This document shows, piece by piece, positions 31,002-40,849 of a stretch of 61,933 nt of DNA. Positions within the stretch are counted from its first letter, which is position 1. Each line of letters begins with the position of its first letter. Where the stretch lies: the NCBI GenBank assembly GCA_016936095.1, contig JAFGPR010000277.1, positions 1-61,933 of the forward strand. The letters are read 5' to 3'. Origin of the DNA: Ignavibacteriales bacterium (GTDB lineage: Bacteria; Bacteroidota; Ignavibacteria; Ignavibacteriales; Melioribacteraceae). The translations under genes and the position numbers were made by a program. The notes beneath the pieces are model-generated. The model was not told the DNA's origin. It was given only the letters and a program-made list of their open reading frames with translations, and did not search any database.

Positions 31002-31877
31002 ATGATTAATAAAAACAAACTAGAATATTTTTTATTTATTATTCTAGTAAAAATAGTAAATCTATTTGGTTTTTCAAGAATTAAATATCTTGCAAAATTT
31101 TTTGGTTTAATATTTTTCTATTTTATCCCAATAAGAAAAAAGATAGTCATTGCAAATCTTAAAATTGCTTTTCCCGAGAAAAATAAGAAAGACATTAAAA
31201 AATTAACATTGCAGAATTATATTAGTTTTTTTGCAACTTTATTCGAGATAATGTCGATTCCAAAGTTGAGTAAAGAGAAAATTTTATCTTTAGTTGAATG
31301 GGGAAATATTGAAATATTTTCAGGAATCTTTAGAAGAAACAAAGGGATTTTCTTATTAACAGCCCATATTGGCAATTGGGAATTATCTGCGATTGCTGCA
31401 AGTTTATTCTTGAAAAAAAAATTTTTTGTTCTTGCTAAACAACAACGCAATCAATATTTTTCTGATTGGCTCAATAAAATGCGTAAAACTTTTGGTAATA
31501 AAGTAATACCCTTAGGTATGTCAGTGCGTGATATCTATATAGCATTGAAAGAAAAAAATATAGTTGGAGTGGTCGGTGACCAAAGAGGACCAAAAGATGG
31601 ATTGAGAGTAAAATTATTTAATAAAGATACCTCTGTTTATGAAGGCACAGCTGAAATTGCTTTGAAATTAAATATTCCAATTGTTGCTGCGATGACAATT
31701 AGAAAACAAGATTATTCTTTCAAAGTAATATTTGAAGAAATTAAGTATAATACCTATTCAAATGATAACAACGAGAAAATTATTAAAATTAATCAAGAAT
31801 ATATGAATATCTTGGAAAGAACCATTAGAGAATATCCATCCCAATGGTTTTGGATGCATAAAATCTGGAAGTATTAA
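31002..31877 (+). CDS. Lipid A late acyltransferase family protein (LpxL/HtrB-type)
   Basis: 291 aa with an N-terminal TM segment, the LTAHIGNWEL (HxGNWE) motif and a WFWMHKIWK C-terminus. Confidence 0.75.
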   Translation: MINKNKLEYFLFIILVKIVNLFGFSRIKYLAKFFGLIFFYFIPIRKKIVIANLKIAFPEKNKKDIKKLTLQNYISFFATLFEIMSIPKLSKEKILSLVEWGNIEIFSGIFRRNKGIFLLTAHIGNWELSAIAASLFLKKKFFVLAKQQRNQYFSDWLNKMRKTFGNKVIPLGMSVRDIYIALKEKNIVGVVGDQRGPKDGLRVKLFNKDTSVYEGTAEIALKLNIPIVAAMTIRKQDYSFKVIFEEIKYNTYSNDNNEKIIKINQEYMNILERTIREYPSQWFWMHKIWKY

Positions 31878-31879
31878 TA

Positions 31880-32899
31880 ATGACCCAAAAGATTTTAATA
31901 ATACAAACCGCTTTTCTTGGAGATGCTATTTTAACTCTTCCGCTGGTTCAAAAAGTTTATGAATTGAATGGCAATACTTCAATAGATATATTAACAATTG
32001 AACAGAATCGCTTTATTTTTGAGTCATCGCCCTATGTTAGTAATGTGATAATTCTTGATAAAAAGAAAAAACATAGGAATATTTTTAAAACTCTAAGGTT
32101 TGCTAAAAAATTACGAAAAAACAAATATACCAAAATTATTTCCCCACATCGTTCCTTCCGAACTTCTATAATTGTTTGGGCACTAAAAGTTAAAGAATCT
32201 ATTGGATTCTATACTTCCGCTTTCAATTTTGTATATAAGACATTGATTAAATATCGAATTGATTATCATGAAGTTCAAAGAAATCTTTCGCTATTAAACA
32301 ATGCGAGTTTAGTTCAAAATTGGAAAATTCTACCAAAAATTATTGTAAGCAAAGAAGTTATTGATAAAGTTAAGCAATTCATTAAATACCTATCTGAGAA
32401 GAAATATATTGCTATTGCTCCATCTTCAGTTTGGTATACAAAGACCTATCCAAAGGAATATTACATTAGAATAATTAATGATCTTATTGAAAAGGGTTTT
32501 TTTATTTTTCTGATTGGTGGTACGGATGATAAGAATTATTGTGAAGGGATAAAAAATCTTTTTCCGGATAACATAATATCAACTGCAGGTTCTTTTAATG
32601 TTATTGAAACAATTGAACTTTTAAAATATTGCCAACTCTTAATCTGTAATGATAGTGCACCTACACATATGGGAATGTGTGCTGATATACCTGTGTTAAC
32701 AATTTACTGCTCAACTGTTCCTTCTTTTGGATTTTATCCTTATAATGGGAAAAGTAAATATTTAAGTTACGATGAACTGATATGTAAACCATGTGGAATT
32801 CATGGATATAAAAAGTGCCCTATTAAAACTTATGACTGTGCTTATCTGCTAACTCCCGAAAGAATTCTTCATTCTGTATATCAAATGTTATCATTATGA
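31880..32899 (+). CDS. Glycosyltransferase family 9 (LPS heptosyltransferase-like)
   Basis: ILIIQTAFLGDAILTLP N-terminus and CNDSAPTHMG motif. Confidence 0.8.
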   Translation: MTQKILIIQTAFLGDAILTLPLVQKVYELNGNTSIDILTIEQNRFIFESSPYVSNVIILDKKKKHRNIFKTLRFAKKLRKNKYTKIISPHRSFRTSIIVWALKVKESIGFYTSAFNFVYKTLIKYRIDYHEVQRNLSLLNNASLVQNWKILPKIIVSKEVIDKVKQFIKYLSEKKYIAIAPSSVWYTKTYPKEYYIRIINDLIEKGFFIFLIGGTDDKNYCEGIKNLFPDNIISTAGSFNVIETIELLKYCQLLICNDSAPTHMGMCADIPVLTIYCSTVPSFGFYPYNGKSKYLSYDELICKPCGIHGYKKCPIKTYDCAYLLTPERILHSVYQMLSL

Positions 32900-32950
32900 A
32901 AGAAAATTTACTTAAATATTTATATATTTGTACATTAAAATATAAACACT

Positions 32951-33793
32951 ATGAATTTTAAAAATATTTCAAAATACTTTAGGTCTAATATTCAAATATT
33001 ATTTGATTTTCCCGACGGTGGAATGAAAATAATTAATTTAGGAATTGTTAAAATAATATTATTCTTCTTTATTGTATTTTTAATTTCACTGTTTTTATCA
33101 TTTATATTGATTTTGTATACACCGATGAATGAACTTGTAATTAATGTCGGTAATAGTCAACTTAGAAAACAGGTGGAAAAGATTGAAAATCTTGAAGAAA
33201 GAATAAATATTCTAATGACAGAGTTAAAATCAATTAGTAGCAATAATAAAAACTTAAAGTACACTTATGTAATCTCAAAGAGTGACACAACAATTGATTC
33301 AATCGAAGTAATTTATGATTCATTAAAAAGTGAACCCGTCAATCCTTTTGAAGGAAATATTTTTTCAATTTATAACAAATGGATTGAATCAAAAAATTCC
33401 AATCTTGATTCGATAAAAATCTTTTTTATACGTCCTTGCGAAGGAATTGTTATACGTGAATTTAGTTCACAGATTGGACATATGGGGATTGATTTCGGTT
33501 GTAAACAAAATACACCCATCCTAGCTTCTGCTGGTGGTCTAATCATTTTTTCTGATTATACTGTAAAAGATGGTAATGTTATTATGATAGAACATGATAA
33601 TGATTATTTAACAGTATATAAGCATCTTTCTACTCTAACTAAAAAATCAAGAGAATATGTTCACCAGAGTGAAGTACTCGGTTTTAGTGGTAATACAGGT
33701 ACTAATACAACTGGACCACATCTTCATTTTGAAATCTGGGAAAAAGGTAAACCGATAAATCCAAGAAATATATTAATAAATTTAGGGGAATAA
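32951..33793 (+). CDS. Membrane-anchored M23 family metallopeptidase
   Basis: One TM segment, a coiled-coil region, then HMGIDFG...GNTGTNTTGPHLHFEI (HxxxD and HxH motifs). Confidence 0.88.
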   Translation: MNFKNISKYFRSNIQILFDFPDGGMKIINLGIVKIILFFFIVFLISLFLSFILILYTPMNELVINVGNSQLRKQVEKIENLEERINILMTELKSISSNNKNLKYTYVISKSDTTIDSIEVIYDSLKSEPVNPFEGNIFSIYNKWIESKNSNLDSIKIFFIRPCEGIVIREFSSQIGHMGIDFGCKQNTPILASAGGLIIFSDYTVKDGNVIMIEHDNDYLTVYKHLSTLTKKSREYVHQSEVLGFSGNTGTNTTGPHLHFEIWEKGKPINPRNILINLGE

Positions 33794-33796
33794 AAA

Positions 33797-34204
33797 ATGT
33801 TAGGCAAAAAAGAAGCTGAATATTCAAAGGAAATTGGTGTAATTAGCCAAGGTATGAAAGTTGAAGGAAATATCATCTCAAAAGGTAATCTTCGAGTGGA
33901 TGGTAAAATAATTGGAAATGTGACTTGCGAAGGAAGTCTTGTGGTTGGAGAAACATCCGAATTGAAAGGAGAACTGAAAGTCAACAATATTATTTTAAAC
34001 GGTCGGTTTGAAGGAACAATCGTAGCAAGCGACAAAATTGTATTAGGGACTAAAGCTGTTGTTAAAGGTGATTTAACAAGTAAATCTCTTGTAATGGAGG
34101 AAGGAACTCGGTTTGATGGAAGAAGTAGGATGACTGAAGGAGTAGCAGACCCAACAAGATTTGCTAAATTAGAAGATAAGGAGAAAAAACCTGAAATTAA
34201 ATGA
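33797..34204 (+). CDS. Bactofilin (polymer-forming cytoskeletal protein)
   Basis: 135 aa with a beta-helical repeat pattern: VEGNIISKGNLRVDGKIIGNV...LVVGETSELKGEL...ILNGRFEGTI...KGDL. The gene ends with three consecutive in-frame stops TGA TAG TAA (34202-34210). Confidence 0.88.
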   Translation: MLGKKEAEYSKEIGVISQGMKVEGNIISKGNLRVDGKIIGNVTCEGSLVVGETSELKGELKVNNIILNGRFEGTIVASDKIVLGTKAVVKGDLTSKSLVMEEGTRFDGRSRMTEGVADPTRFAKLEDKEKKPEIK

Positions 34205-34424
34205 TAGTAACTTAATTAAAAATATTGCACCATATCTCAACATTGGAACACAATTAGCAATTACAATTGCTTTATCATTTTTTTTAGGTAAATGGCTTGA
34301 TGATATATTAAACATTTTTCCCGTTCTCACAATCTTTTTATCTCTATTAGGAATTATAACAGGTTTATATAATTTTATTAAAACAATTATTGAAATTGAA
34401 AAAAGAAAATCTAAGGAAAATTGA
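34191..34424 (+). CDS. AtpZ/AtpI-family small membrane protein (ATPase_gene1-like); start codon uncertain
   Basis: - Not in the ORF track.
- Own translation of the frame open from 34173 to TGA 34422-34424 gives ...NDSNLIKNIAPYLNIGTQLAITIALSFFLGKWLDDILNIFPVLTIFLSLLGIITGLYNFIKTIIEIEKRKSKEN.
- It has two TM helices, and the G.QLA......G.WLD motif resembles AtpZ-like proteins that precede atp operons.
- There is no in-frame ATG/GTG/TTG. The only candidates are CTG 34191 or ATT 34215. Confidence 0.55.
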   Translation: MKLNDSNLIKNIAPYLNIGTQLAITIALSFFLGKWLDDILNIFPVLTIFLSLLGIITGLYNFIKTIIEIEKRKSKEN

Positions 34425-34797
34425 GAAATTTTATTTTTATTTTTTTATTAGTGCAATAATTGTTTTTCTTTTTTTATTTGTAAATGATTTAATTGCATTA
34501 AAAGTTTTTGTATTTATTGTAATTTCTGTTTTTTCTAATATCTTTAACTATTCAGCTTTTATTTTTATCTTTAATTATTCTAAATCTAAGTCGAATAACA
34601 AATTTTTTATTTTTAATCTTGGTGGTATGATATTACGGATTGGATTGTTGATAATTGTTTATGTCTTGACAATTATTTATCTAAGACCTGATCTTTTAGC
34701 TTTTACTGTTATTTTTATAGCTTTATATTTTTGTACATTATCAATTGAAATAATAAAAATTTTTGAATGTCAGGAAGCCAAAAAAATATTGAGATGA
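34390..34797 (+). CDS. Small polytopic membrane protein, possibly ATP synthase protein I (AtpI-like)
   Basis: 135 aa with about 4 TM segments, directly upstream of atpB. TTG start that overlaps the preceding small ORF. The assignment rests on position and size only. Confidence 0.4.
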   Translation: MKLKKENLRKIEKFYFYFFISAIIVFLFLFVNDLIALKVFVFIVISVFSNIFNYSAFIFIFNYSKSKSNNKFFIFNLGGMILRIGLLIIVYVLTIIYLRPDLLAFTVIFIALYFCTLSIEIIKIFECQEAKKILR

Positions 34798-34806
34798 GAT
34801 TATAAG

Positions 34807-35655
34807 ATGTATTCTTTCTCTACTTCAGTCAACGATACAATACAAAATGCTTCACCTAGTCAGAGTGATTGGATATTTCACCATATCTTAGATAGTCGGG
34901 AATTATCTCTTCAACCAATTACTACGATTCAACTTCCTGAAATTTCATTATTTGGATTGGACATTTCAATCACAAAACATGTCGTATATTTATGGATTGT
35001 TGCAGTATTCTTAATTATTACTTTGATATTATCTGCTAGGAAATATAATAAAACACTAATTCCTAAGGGATTTTCCAATCTGATTGAGATAATAATTGTT
35101 TTTATTAGAGATGAGATAGTCAAACCAACCGTAGGTGAAAAATATAAAAAATACTTACCCTATCTTCTAACAGTATTCTTTTTTATTATTTCCTGCAACA
35201 TAATTGGATTATTACCTTACGGTTCAACTCCAACTGGTAATTTAGCAGTTACTGCTACTCTTGCAATCTTTTCATTTTTTGCAATTCAAATTAGTGGTAT
35301 ATTACAGCATGGAATTGTAGGTTATTTCAAAGGACTTGCACCCAAAGGAATAAATCCGTTATTACTTATAATTATTATTCCTATTGAGATTTTAAGTCTG
35401 TTTACCAAACCATTTGCGTTAGCAATTCGTTTATTTGCTAATATGACAGCGGGACATATTGCTTTAATGGTACTACTCAGTATAATATTTTTGTTTAAGA
35501 AATTTCTTTTTGCTGAGATTGCTGTCATTCCAATGTCAATTGCATTTTCCATTTTCATAGATTTATTAGAAATATTAGTTGCATTAATTCAAGCTTATAT
35601 ATTTACAATGCTAACTTCTTTATTTATTGGGTTAGCAATTCATCAAGAACATTAA
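34807..35655 (+). CDS. atpB: F0F1 ATP synthase subunit a
   Basis: 282 aa, polytopic, with the conserved LAIRLFANMTAGH motif. Confidence 0.92.
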   Translation: MYSFSTSVNDTIQNASPSQSDWIFHHILDSRELSLQPITTIQLPEISLFGLDISITKHVVYLWIVAVFLIITLILSARKYNKTLIPKGFSNLIEIIIVFIRDEIVKPTVGEKYKKYLPYLLTVFFFIISCNIIGLLPYGSTPTGNLAVTATLAIFSFFAIQISGILQHGIVGYFKGLAPKGINPLLLIIIIPIEILSLFTKPFALAIRLFANMTAGHIALMVLLSIIFLFKKFLFAEIAVIPMSIAFSIFIDLLEILVALIQAYIFTMLTSLFIGLAIHQEH

Positions 35656-35667
35656 AAGGAGAAAAAT

Positions 35668-35886
35668 ATGGAATTTGTTTATATCGCTGCAGGATTTGGA
35701 GCAGCATTAACGGTTATCGGAGGTGCATTTGGAATCGGTAAATTAGCAAGTGCAGCAATGGAAGCGATTGGAAGACAACCGGAAGCAGCAAACAATATAA
35801 GAACATCAATGCTTATCGCAGCAGCATTGATTGAAGGTATTGCTTTCTTTGCTTTAATTATTTGCATACTGGCTCTTTTTGTATAA
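35668..35886 (+). CDS. atpE: F0F1 ATP synthase subunit c
   Basis: 72 aa hairpin with RQPE loop and AALIEGIAFFAL (carboxylate Glu). Confidence 0.92.
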   Translation: MEFVYIAAGFGAALTVIGGAFGIGKLASAAMEAIGRQPEAANNIRTSMLIAAALIEGIAFFALIICILALFV

Positions 35887-35922
35887 AACTGAAATATTAT
35901 AATATTAGCTAAAATTTTTTCT

Positions 35923-36456
35923 ATGAATTTAATATTTCTAAATGAACAGTCTTCACCAAATTTGCTTGATGTTAATTTTGGTGTAATATTCTGGACAACC
36001 GTTACATTCATTATTGTGTTGTTTATATTAAAAAAGTTTGCTTGGAAACCTATTTTGAAATCTCTGGAAAACAGAGAAGATTTTATCCGTGATTCTTTAG
36101 ATAAAGCAAATAAAGCAAAAGAAGAAGCAGAAAATCTTACGAAAATTTCTAATGATAGAATCAGACAAGTAGAAAACGAAGCAAAAGAAATACTTTCTCA
36201 AGGTAGAGAATATTCTGAAAAGGTTAAGAAGCAAATTTTAGATGATACGAAGAATGAAACAAAAAAAATGATTGAAGATGCTAAAGATGAAATTGAAAAA
36301 ATGAAAGAAGATGCGTTTAATACATTAAAAAGTCAAATTGCTTTAATTGCAATAGAATCAGCAGAGAAAGTTATTCAAGAAAAATTAGACAAAGAAAAAC
36401 ATACTCAAATTATTAATAATTATATTGATAATATGTCTGGGAAATTTAATGAGTGA
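35923..36456 (+). CDS. atpF: F0F1 ATP synthase subunit b
   Basis: One N-terminal TM segment followed by a long charged helix; position in the operon. Confidence 0.85.
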   Translation: MNLIFLNEQSSPNLLDVNFGVIFWTTVTFIIVLFILKKFAWKPILKSLENREDFIRDSLDKANKAKEEAENLTKISNDRIRQVENEAKEILSQGREYSEKVKKQILDDTKNETKKMIEDAKDEIEKMKEDAFNTLKSQIALIAIESAEKVIQEKLDKEKHTQIINNYIDNMSGKFNE

Positions 36457-36991
36457 TTATACAATATCAACCAGATACGCCAGGGCATTAGTTAATGAAT
36501 CTATTTCTAAAAATAATTTGGATAGAATTTATTCTGATATCAATTTTATCGAAGCAACTTTTTACGTATCCCAAGAGTTCAAATCAATTTATTTAAGTCC
36601 TACCATTGGTAAGGAAAAAAAAATTGATATTATTTCTAAGACTTTGTCGAAAGCTGTAGCAACTGAAGTCTTACAATTCTTAGTCCTACTTATTAAAAAG
36701 AACCGCGAGAAATATATTTTGTCAATTCTTAAAAGGATTAAAGAATTACGAAATGAATTCTTAGGTTATTCTGGTGTTTCAGTTCGTTCTCAAGTACCTC
36801 TATTAGAAAAACAAAAAAACGAAGTGAGTGCAATAATACAGAATTTCACAAAACAAAAAATTCAGATAAATTATATAGAGGACAAAAAAATACTTGGTGG
36901 ATTTGTCATTCAAATAGGTGATAAAATTATTGATGGTTCAGTTAAAAATCAATTAAACAAATTAAAAAATAAATTAACAGCACTAAATTGA
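36449..36991 (+). CDS. atpH: F0F1 ATP synthase subunit delta (OSCP)
   Basis: Start moved to ATG 36449 (MSDYTISTRYARALV), which overlaps the atpF stop by 8 nt. C-terminal GGFVIQIGDKIIDGSV. Confidence 0.85.
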   Translation: MSDYTISTRYARALVNESISKNNLDRIYSDINFIEATFYVSQEFKSIYLSPTIGKEKKIDIISKTLSKAVATEVLQFLVLLIKKNREKYILSILKRIKELRNEFLGYSGVSVRSQVPLLEKQKNEVSAIIQNFTKQKIQINYIEDKKILGGFVIQIGDKIIDGSVKNQLNKLKNKLTALN

Positions 36992-37000
36992 ATTTAATTT

Positions 37001-38551
37001 ATGAATAAAATAAAACCTGAAGAAATATCAAGTATATTAAGAAAACAAATTACTAATTTTGAAACAGAAGTTGACATATACGAAACAGGAACTGTTCTGC
37101 AAATAGGTGATGGTATTGCTCGTATTTATGGTCTAACCGAAGTAATGGCTGGCGAACTAGTTGAATTACCACACAACGTAATGGGAATGGTGCTTAATCT
37201 TGAGGAGGATAATATTGGTGTTGTACTTTTTGGTGAGAGTAATTTAATTAAAGAAGGTGATGTTGTCAAAAGAACTAAAAGAGTAGCATCTTTTCCTGTT
37301 GGTAAAGGATTATTAGGAAGGGTCGTCAATCCTTTGGGTGAACCTGTTGATGGTAAAGCTGATGTTAACTTCGATAAATATATGCCAATTGAGAGAAAAG
37401 CTGTCGGTGTTACTGAGAGGCAACCGGTTAAAGAGCCACTTCAAACCGGAATTACTGCAATCGACGCAATGATGCCAATTGGAAGAGGACAAAGAGAATT
37501 AATAATTGGTGACCGACAAACTGGTAAAACAACAATTGCTATTGATACTATAATTAATCAAAAAAATACTCATACAGAAGAAGCGAAAAAATATGGAGTT
37601 GAACCTGTATATTGTATTTACGTAGCTATTGGACAAAAAAATTCAACAATTGCTCAGGTTGTATCAAAATTGGAAACATCTGGGGCAATGGCTTATACTA
37701 CCGTTATTTCATCACCAGCTTCTTCACCTGCACCATTGCAATATATAGCCCCATATTCAGGTGCTACATTAGGAGAATATTTTAGAGATAATGGACAACA
37801 TTCATTAATAATTTATGATGATTTATCTAAACATGCTGTTGCGTATCGTGAATTATCGTTATTACTAAAAAGACCACCGGGAAGGGAAGCGTATCCAGGT
37901 GATGTATTTTATTTGCACTCACGTCTTCTTGAAAGAGCATCGAAGTTGAGTAATGAATTAGGAGGGGGTAGTCTTACTGCTTTACCAATAATTGAAACAC
38001 AACAAGGTGATGTCGCAGCTTATATCCCTACAAATGTAATATCAATTACAGATGGTCAAATTTATCTTGAAAATAATCTATTTAACATAGGTGTTAGACC
38101 CGCTATCAATGTTGGTATTAGCGTTTCTCGTGTTGGAGGTAATGCTCAAATAAAAGCGATGAAGAAAGTTGCTGGCTCATTAAAAATAGATCTTGCTCAA
38201 TTTCGTGAATTAGAAGCTTTTGCAAGATTTGGATCTGAACTTGATAGAGCAACTCAAAAAATATTAGCAAAAGGTGCACGGCTTGTTGAGTTACTTAAGC
38301 AGGATCAGTACAATCCCATTGATGTTGTTAACCAGGTAATAATTGTCTACTTAGGTATTAAGAATTTGTTGGAAACCATAAGTATTGATGATATTAAAAA
38401 ATTTCAATGTGAAATAATAGAGTATATAAAAATCAATTACTCATTTATTTATGATGAAGTATATAAAACAAAATTGTTATCAGATGAATGTGGAAAAATA
38501 ATTGAAAAGGCGGTAACTGAATATTTACAAAAATTTAAATCATCTGAATAG
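37001..38551 (+). CDS. atpA: F0F1 ATP synthase subunit alpha
   Basis: Walker [10 protein letters not shown] plus the [26 protein letters not shown] motif. Confidence 0.96.
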   Translation: MNKIKPEEISSILRKQITNFETEVDIYETGTVLQIGDGIARIYGLTEVMAGELVELPHNVMGMVLNLEEDNIGVVLFGESNLIKEGDVVKRTKRVASFPVGKGLLGRVVNPLGEPVDGKADVNFDKYMPIERKAVGVTERQPVKEPLQTGITAIDAMMPIGRGQRELIIGDRQTGKTTIAIDTIINQKNTHTEEAKKYGVEPVYCIYVAIGQKNSTIAQVVSKLETSGAMAYTTVISSPASSPAPLQYIAPYSGATLGEYFRDNGQHSLIIYDDLSKHAVAYRELSLLLKRPPGREAYPGDVFYLHSRLLERASKLSNELGGGSLTALPIIETQQGDVAAYIPTNVISITDGQIYLENNLFNIGVRPAINVGISVSRVGGNAQIKAMKKVAGSLKIDLAQFRELEAFARFGSELDRATQKILAKGARLVELLKQDQYNPIDVVNQVIIVYLGIKNLLETISIDDIKKFQCEIIEYIKINYSFIYDEVYKTKLLSDECGKIIEKAVTEYLQKFKSSE

Positions 38552-38560
38552 GTAGTAAGA

Positions 38561-39445
38561 ATGCCCTCTTTGCGTGATATTAAAAATAGAATTCAAGGCG
38601 TAAAAAACACACAGCAGATTACTAAAGCAATGAAAATGGTTGCAGCCGCCCGTCTTCGCAAAGCACAACAAAATATACAAAATTTTAATAATTATTTTAC
38701 TAACCTTGATAATATATTATCTGATATTAGTGATATAAATTTGGTTAACGAAAATAATTATCTTAAACAAAGAGATATTCATAAAATTCTTTTTATTCTT
38801 GTAACTTCTGATAGGGGACTATGCGGAAGTTTTAATTTGAATATATTTCGTTATATAGAGTGTGAAATACTACCTGTGTATAAAAATTACTTTAATGAGG
38901 CTAATGCTTCTTTCATTTGCATAGGAAGAAAGGGTTTTGAATATATTAGAAAGAACAAATTAATTATTGATAAAAAGTATTTACAACTTTTCAGTGACTT
39001 GAAATTTGATATTGCTCTCAAATTATCAGAAATTATTAGGGATGATTATTTAGACTTCAAATATGATCAAGTAAATATTATATATAATGAATTTTTATCG
39101 ACAACAAAATCTCAAGTAAAATGTGAACAATTTCTTCCAATTATTTCATTAAAACATTTAATCAGTAATGTGGATTCTTCAGAAAAATTTATTATTGAGC
39201 CAGATAAGTATAGATTAATTAAATCAATAATTCCAAAGTATTTAAATTCAAAAATATGGAAGATTTTATTAGATTCTTATGCTTCTGAGTTAGCTTCAAG
39301 AATGCTTTCGATGGAAATGGCAACAGAAAACACAAAGGAAATTATAAGAATTTTATCGCTGGAATATAATAAAAAGCGTCAAGATATTATAACAAGGGAA
39401 ATTTTGGAGATAGTAAGTGGTGCAAATGCACTTCTTAACAATTAA
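38561..39445 (+). CDS. atpG: F0F1 ATP synthase subunit gamma
   Basis: N-terminus MPSLRDIKNRIQGVKNTQQITKAMKMVAAARLRKAQ and C-terminus ITREILEIVSGA. Confidence 0.92.
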   Translation: MPSLRDIKNRIQGVKNTQQITKAMKMVAAARLRKAQQNIQNFNNYFTNLDNILSDISDINLVNENNYLKQRDIHKILFILVTSDRGLCGSFNLNIFRYIECEILPVYKNYFNEANASFICIGRKGFEYIRKNKLIIDKKYLQLFSDLKFDIALKLSEIIRDDYLDFKYDQVNIIYNEFLSTTKSQVKCEQFLPIISLKHLISNVDSSEKFIIEPDKYRLIKSIIPKYLNSKIWKILLDSYASELASRMLSMEMATENTKEIIRILSLEYNKKRQDIITREILEIVSGANALLNN

Positions 39446-39487
39446 AATACTTGAAAAAATGACATTTTTTTCGTATAATTACCAACT

Positions 39488-40819
39488 ATGTTTGAAATTT
39501 TAAATGAAAAACTAGAAAAAGCGATAAAAAAGATTACCGGGCAGGGGAAAATTTCTGAACAAAATATCTCTGAAACCCTGCGAGAGATTCGAATAATTTT
39601 ATTAAATGCTGATGTAAATTATAAAGTTGCTAAGGATTTTATTGAAAATATAAAGAATAAAGCCATTGGTAAAGAGGTTTTAACTTCCGTTACTCCAGGG
39701 CAACTTATTACAAAAATAATTAATGACGAACTCGTTTCCTTGATGGGTGGGAAAGCTAGTGAACTAACCTTAAATTCATCGGGGATTACAACGATAATGT
39801 TAGTTGGTTTACAAGGTTGTGGAAAGACAACTTTTGCTGCTAAATTAGCCAACTATTTAAATAAAAAAAATAGAAAAGTTCTTTTAGTGGCAGCTGATGT
39901 TTATAGACCAGCTGCTATTGAACAATTAAAATTATTAGGAAAGCAAATTGAGGTTAGTGTCTTTTCAATAGATGGAAATAACAACCCAGTTGAGATTTCT
40001 GAAAAAGCATCAGATTTTGCTAAGGAAAATAATTTTAATACTGTAGTTATTGATACTGCTGGTCGTCTTCATATTGATGAAGAATTAATGACTGAAGTAA
40101 AGGAGATTAAAAATTCGGTTAAACCGAATGATATTTTGTTTGTTGTCGATTCGATGATAGGACAGGATGCGGTTAATTCAGCCAAAGCATTTAATGAAGC
40201 CGTTGAATTTGACGGAGTAGTTCTTACTAAACTTGACGGAGATGCAAAGGGTGGCTGTGCTCTCTCAATAAGATCTGTTGTTAATAAACCAATTAAGTTT
40301 ATAAGTACAGGCGAAAAATTAGATACAATTGAATTATTTCATCCAGATAGACTTGCATCAAGAATACTTGGCAAGGGTGACGTAATTTCTTTTGTAGAAA
40401 AGGCACAAGAACAATTTGAGGATAAAGAAGCAGAGCAATTAGAGAAAAGATTATTATCAAACCAATTTGATTTTAATGATTTTCTAAAGCAAATCAAAAT
40501 GATAAAAAAGATGGGTTCACTCAAGTCTTTACTTGGAATGATACCAGGTGTGGGATCTGCTGTAAGAGATATGAATGTCGAAGATAGTCAATTGGTCAAG
40601 GTTGAGTCAATTATTCAATCAATGACCAATAAAGAACGTAATAATCCTAAAATATTGAATGGAAATAGAAGATTAAGAATTGCACGAGGTAGTGGTAATA
40701 CAATACAAGACGTTAATAGATTACTAAAGCAGTTTACAGAAATGCAAAGAATGATGAAATCTTTCAACTCGAAAGGTTTAAATAAATTCAAAAATATTAA
40801 ATCAATAAAATATAGTTAA
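39488..40819 (+). CDS. ffh: Signal recognition particle protein
   Basis: GLQGCGKTT, DTAGR and TKLDGDAKGG motifs, with a Met-rich M domain. Confidence 0.95.
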   Translation: MFEILNEKLEKAIKKITGQGKISEQNISETLREIRIILLNADVNYKVAKDFIENIKNKAIGKEVLTSVTPGQLITKIINDELVSLMGGKASELTLNSSGITTIMLVGLQGCGKTTFAAKLANYLNKKNRKVLLVAADVYRPAAIEQLKLLGKQIEVSVFSIDGNNNPVEISEKASDFAKENNFNTVVIDTAGRLHIDEELMTEVKEIKNSVKPNDILFVVDSMIGQDAVNSAKAFNEAVEFDGVVLTKLDGDAKGGCALSIRSVVNKPIKFISTGEKLDTIELFHPDRLASRILGKGDVISFVEKAQEQFEDKEAEQLEKRLLSNQFDFNDFLKQIKMIKKMGSLKSLLGMIPGVGSAVRDMNVEDSQLVKVESIIQSMTNKERNNPKILNGNRRLRIARGSGNTIQDVNRLLKQFTEMQRMMKSFNSKGLNKFKNIKSIKYS

Positions 40820-40849
40820 ATAAAAAATAATAATTGGAGGAATCAAAAC

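Noticed and set aside
34201-34215. Programmed frameshift linking ATG 34201 to the AtpZ-like frame
   Set aside because: I saw no slippery heptamer or downstream structure. A near-cognate start or a 1-nt sequence error are simpler explanations and cannot be distinguished from sequence alone.
35679-36011. 110-aa minus-strand ORF
   Set aside because: It is antisense to atpE and the start of atpF, so it is a shadow ORF.
36425-36448. Track start of atpH at 36425
   Set aside because: The ATG at 36449 gives the conserved delta-subunit N-terminus and a typical ATGA-type overlap with atpF.
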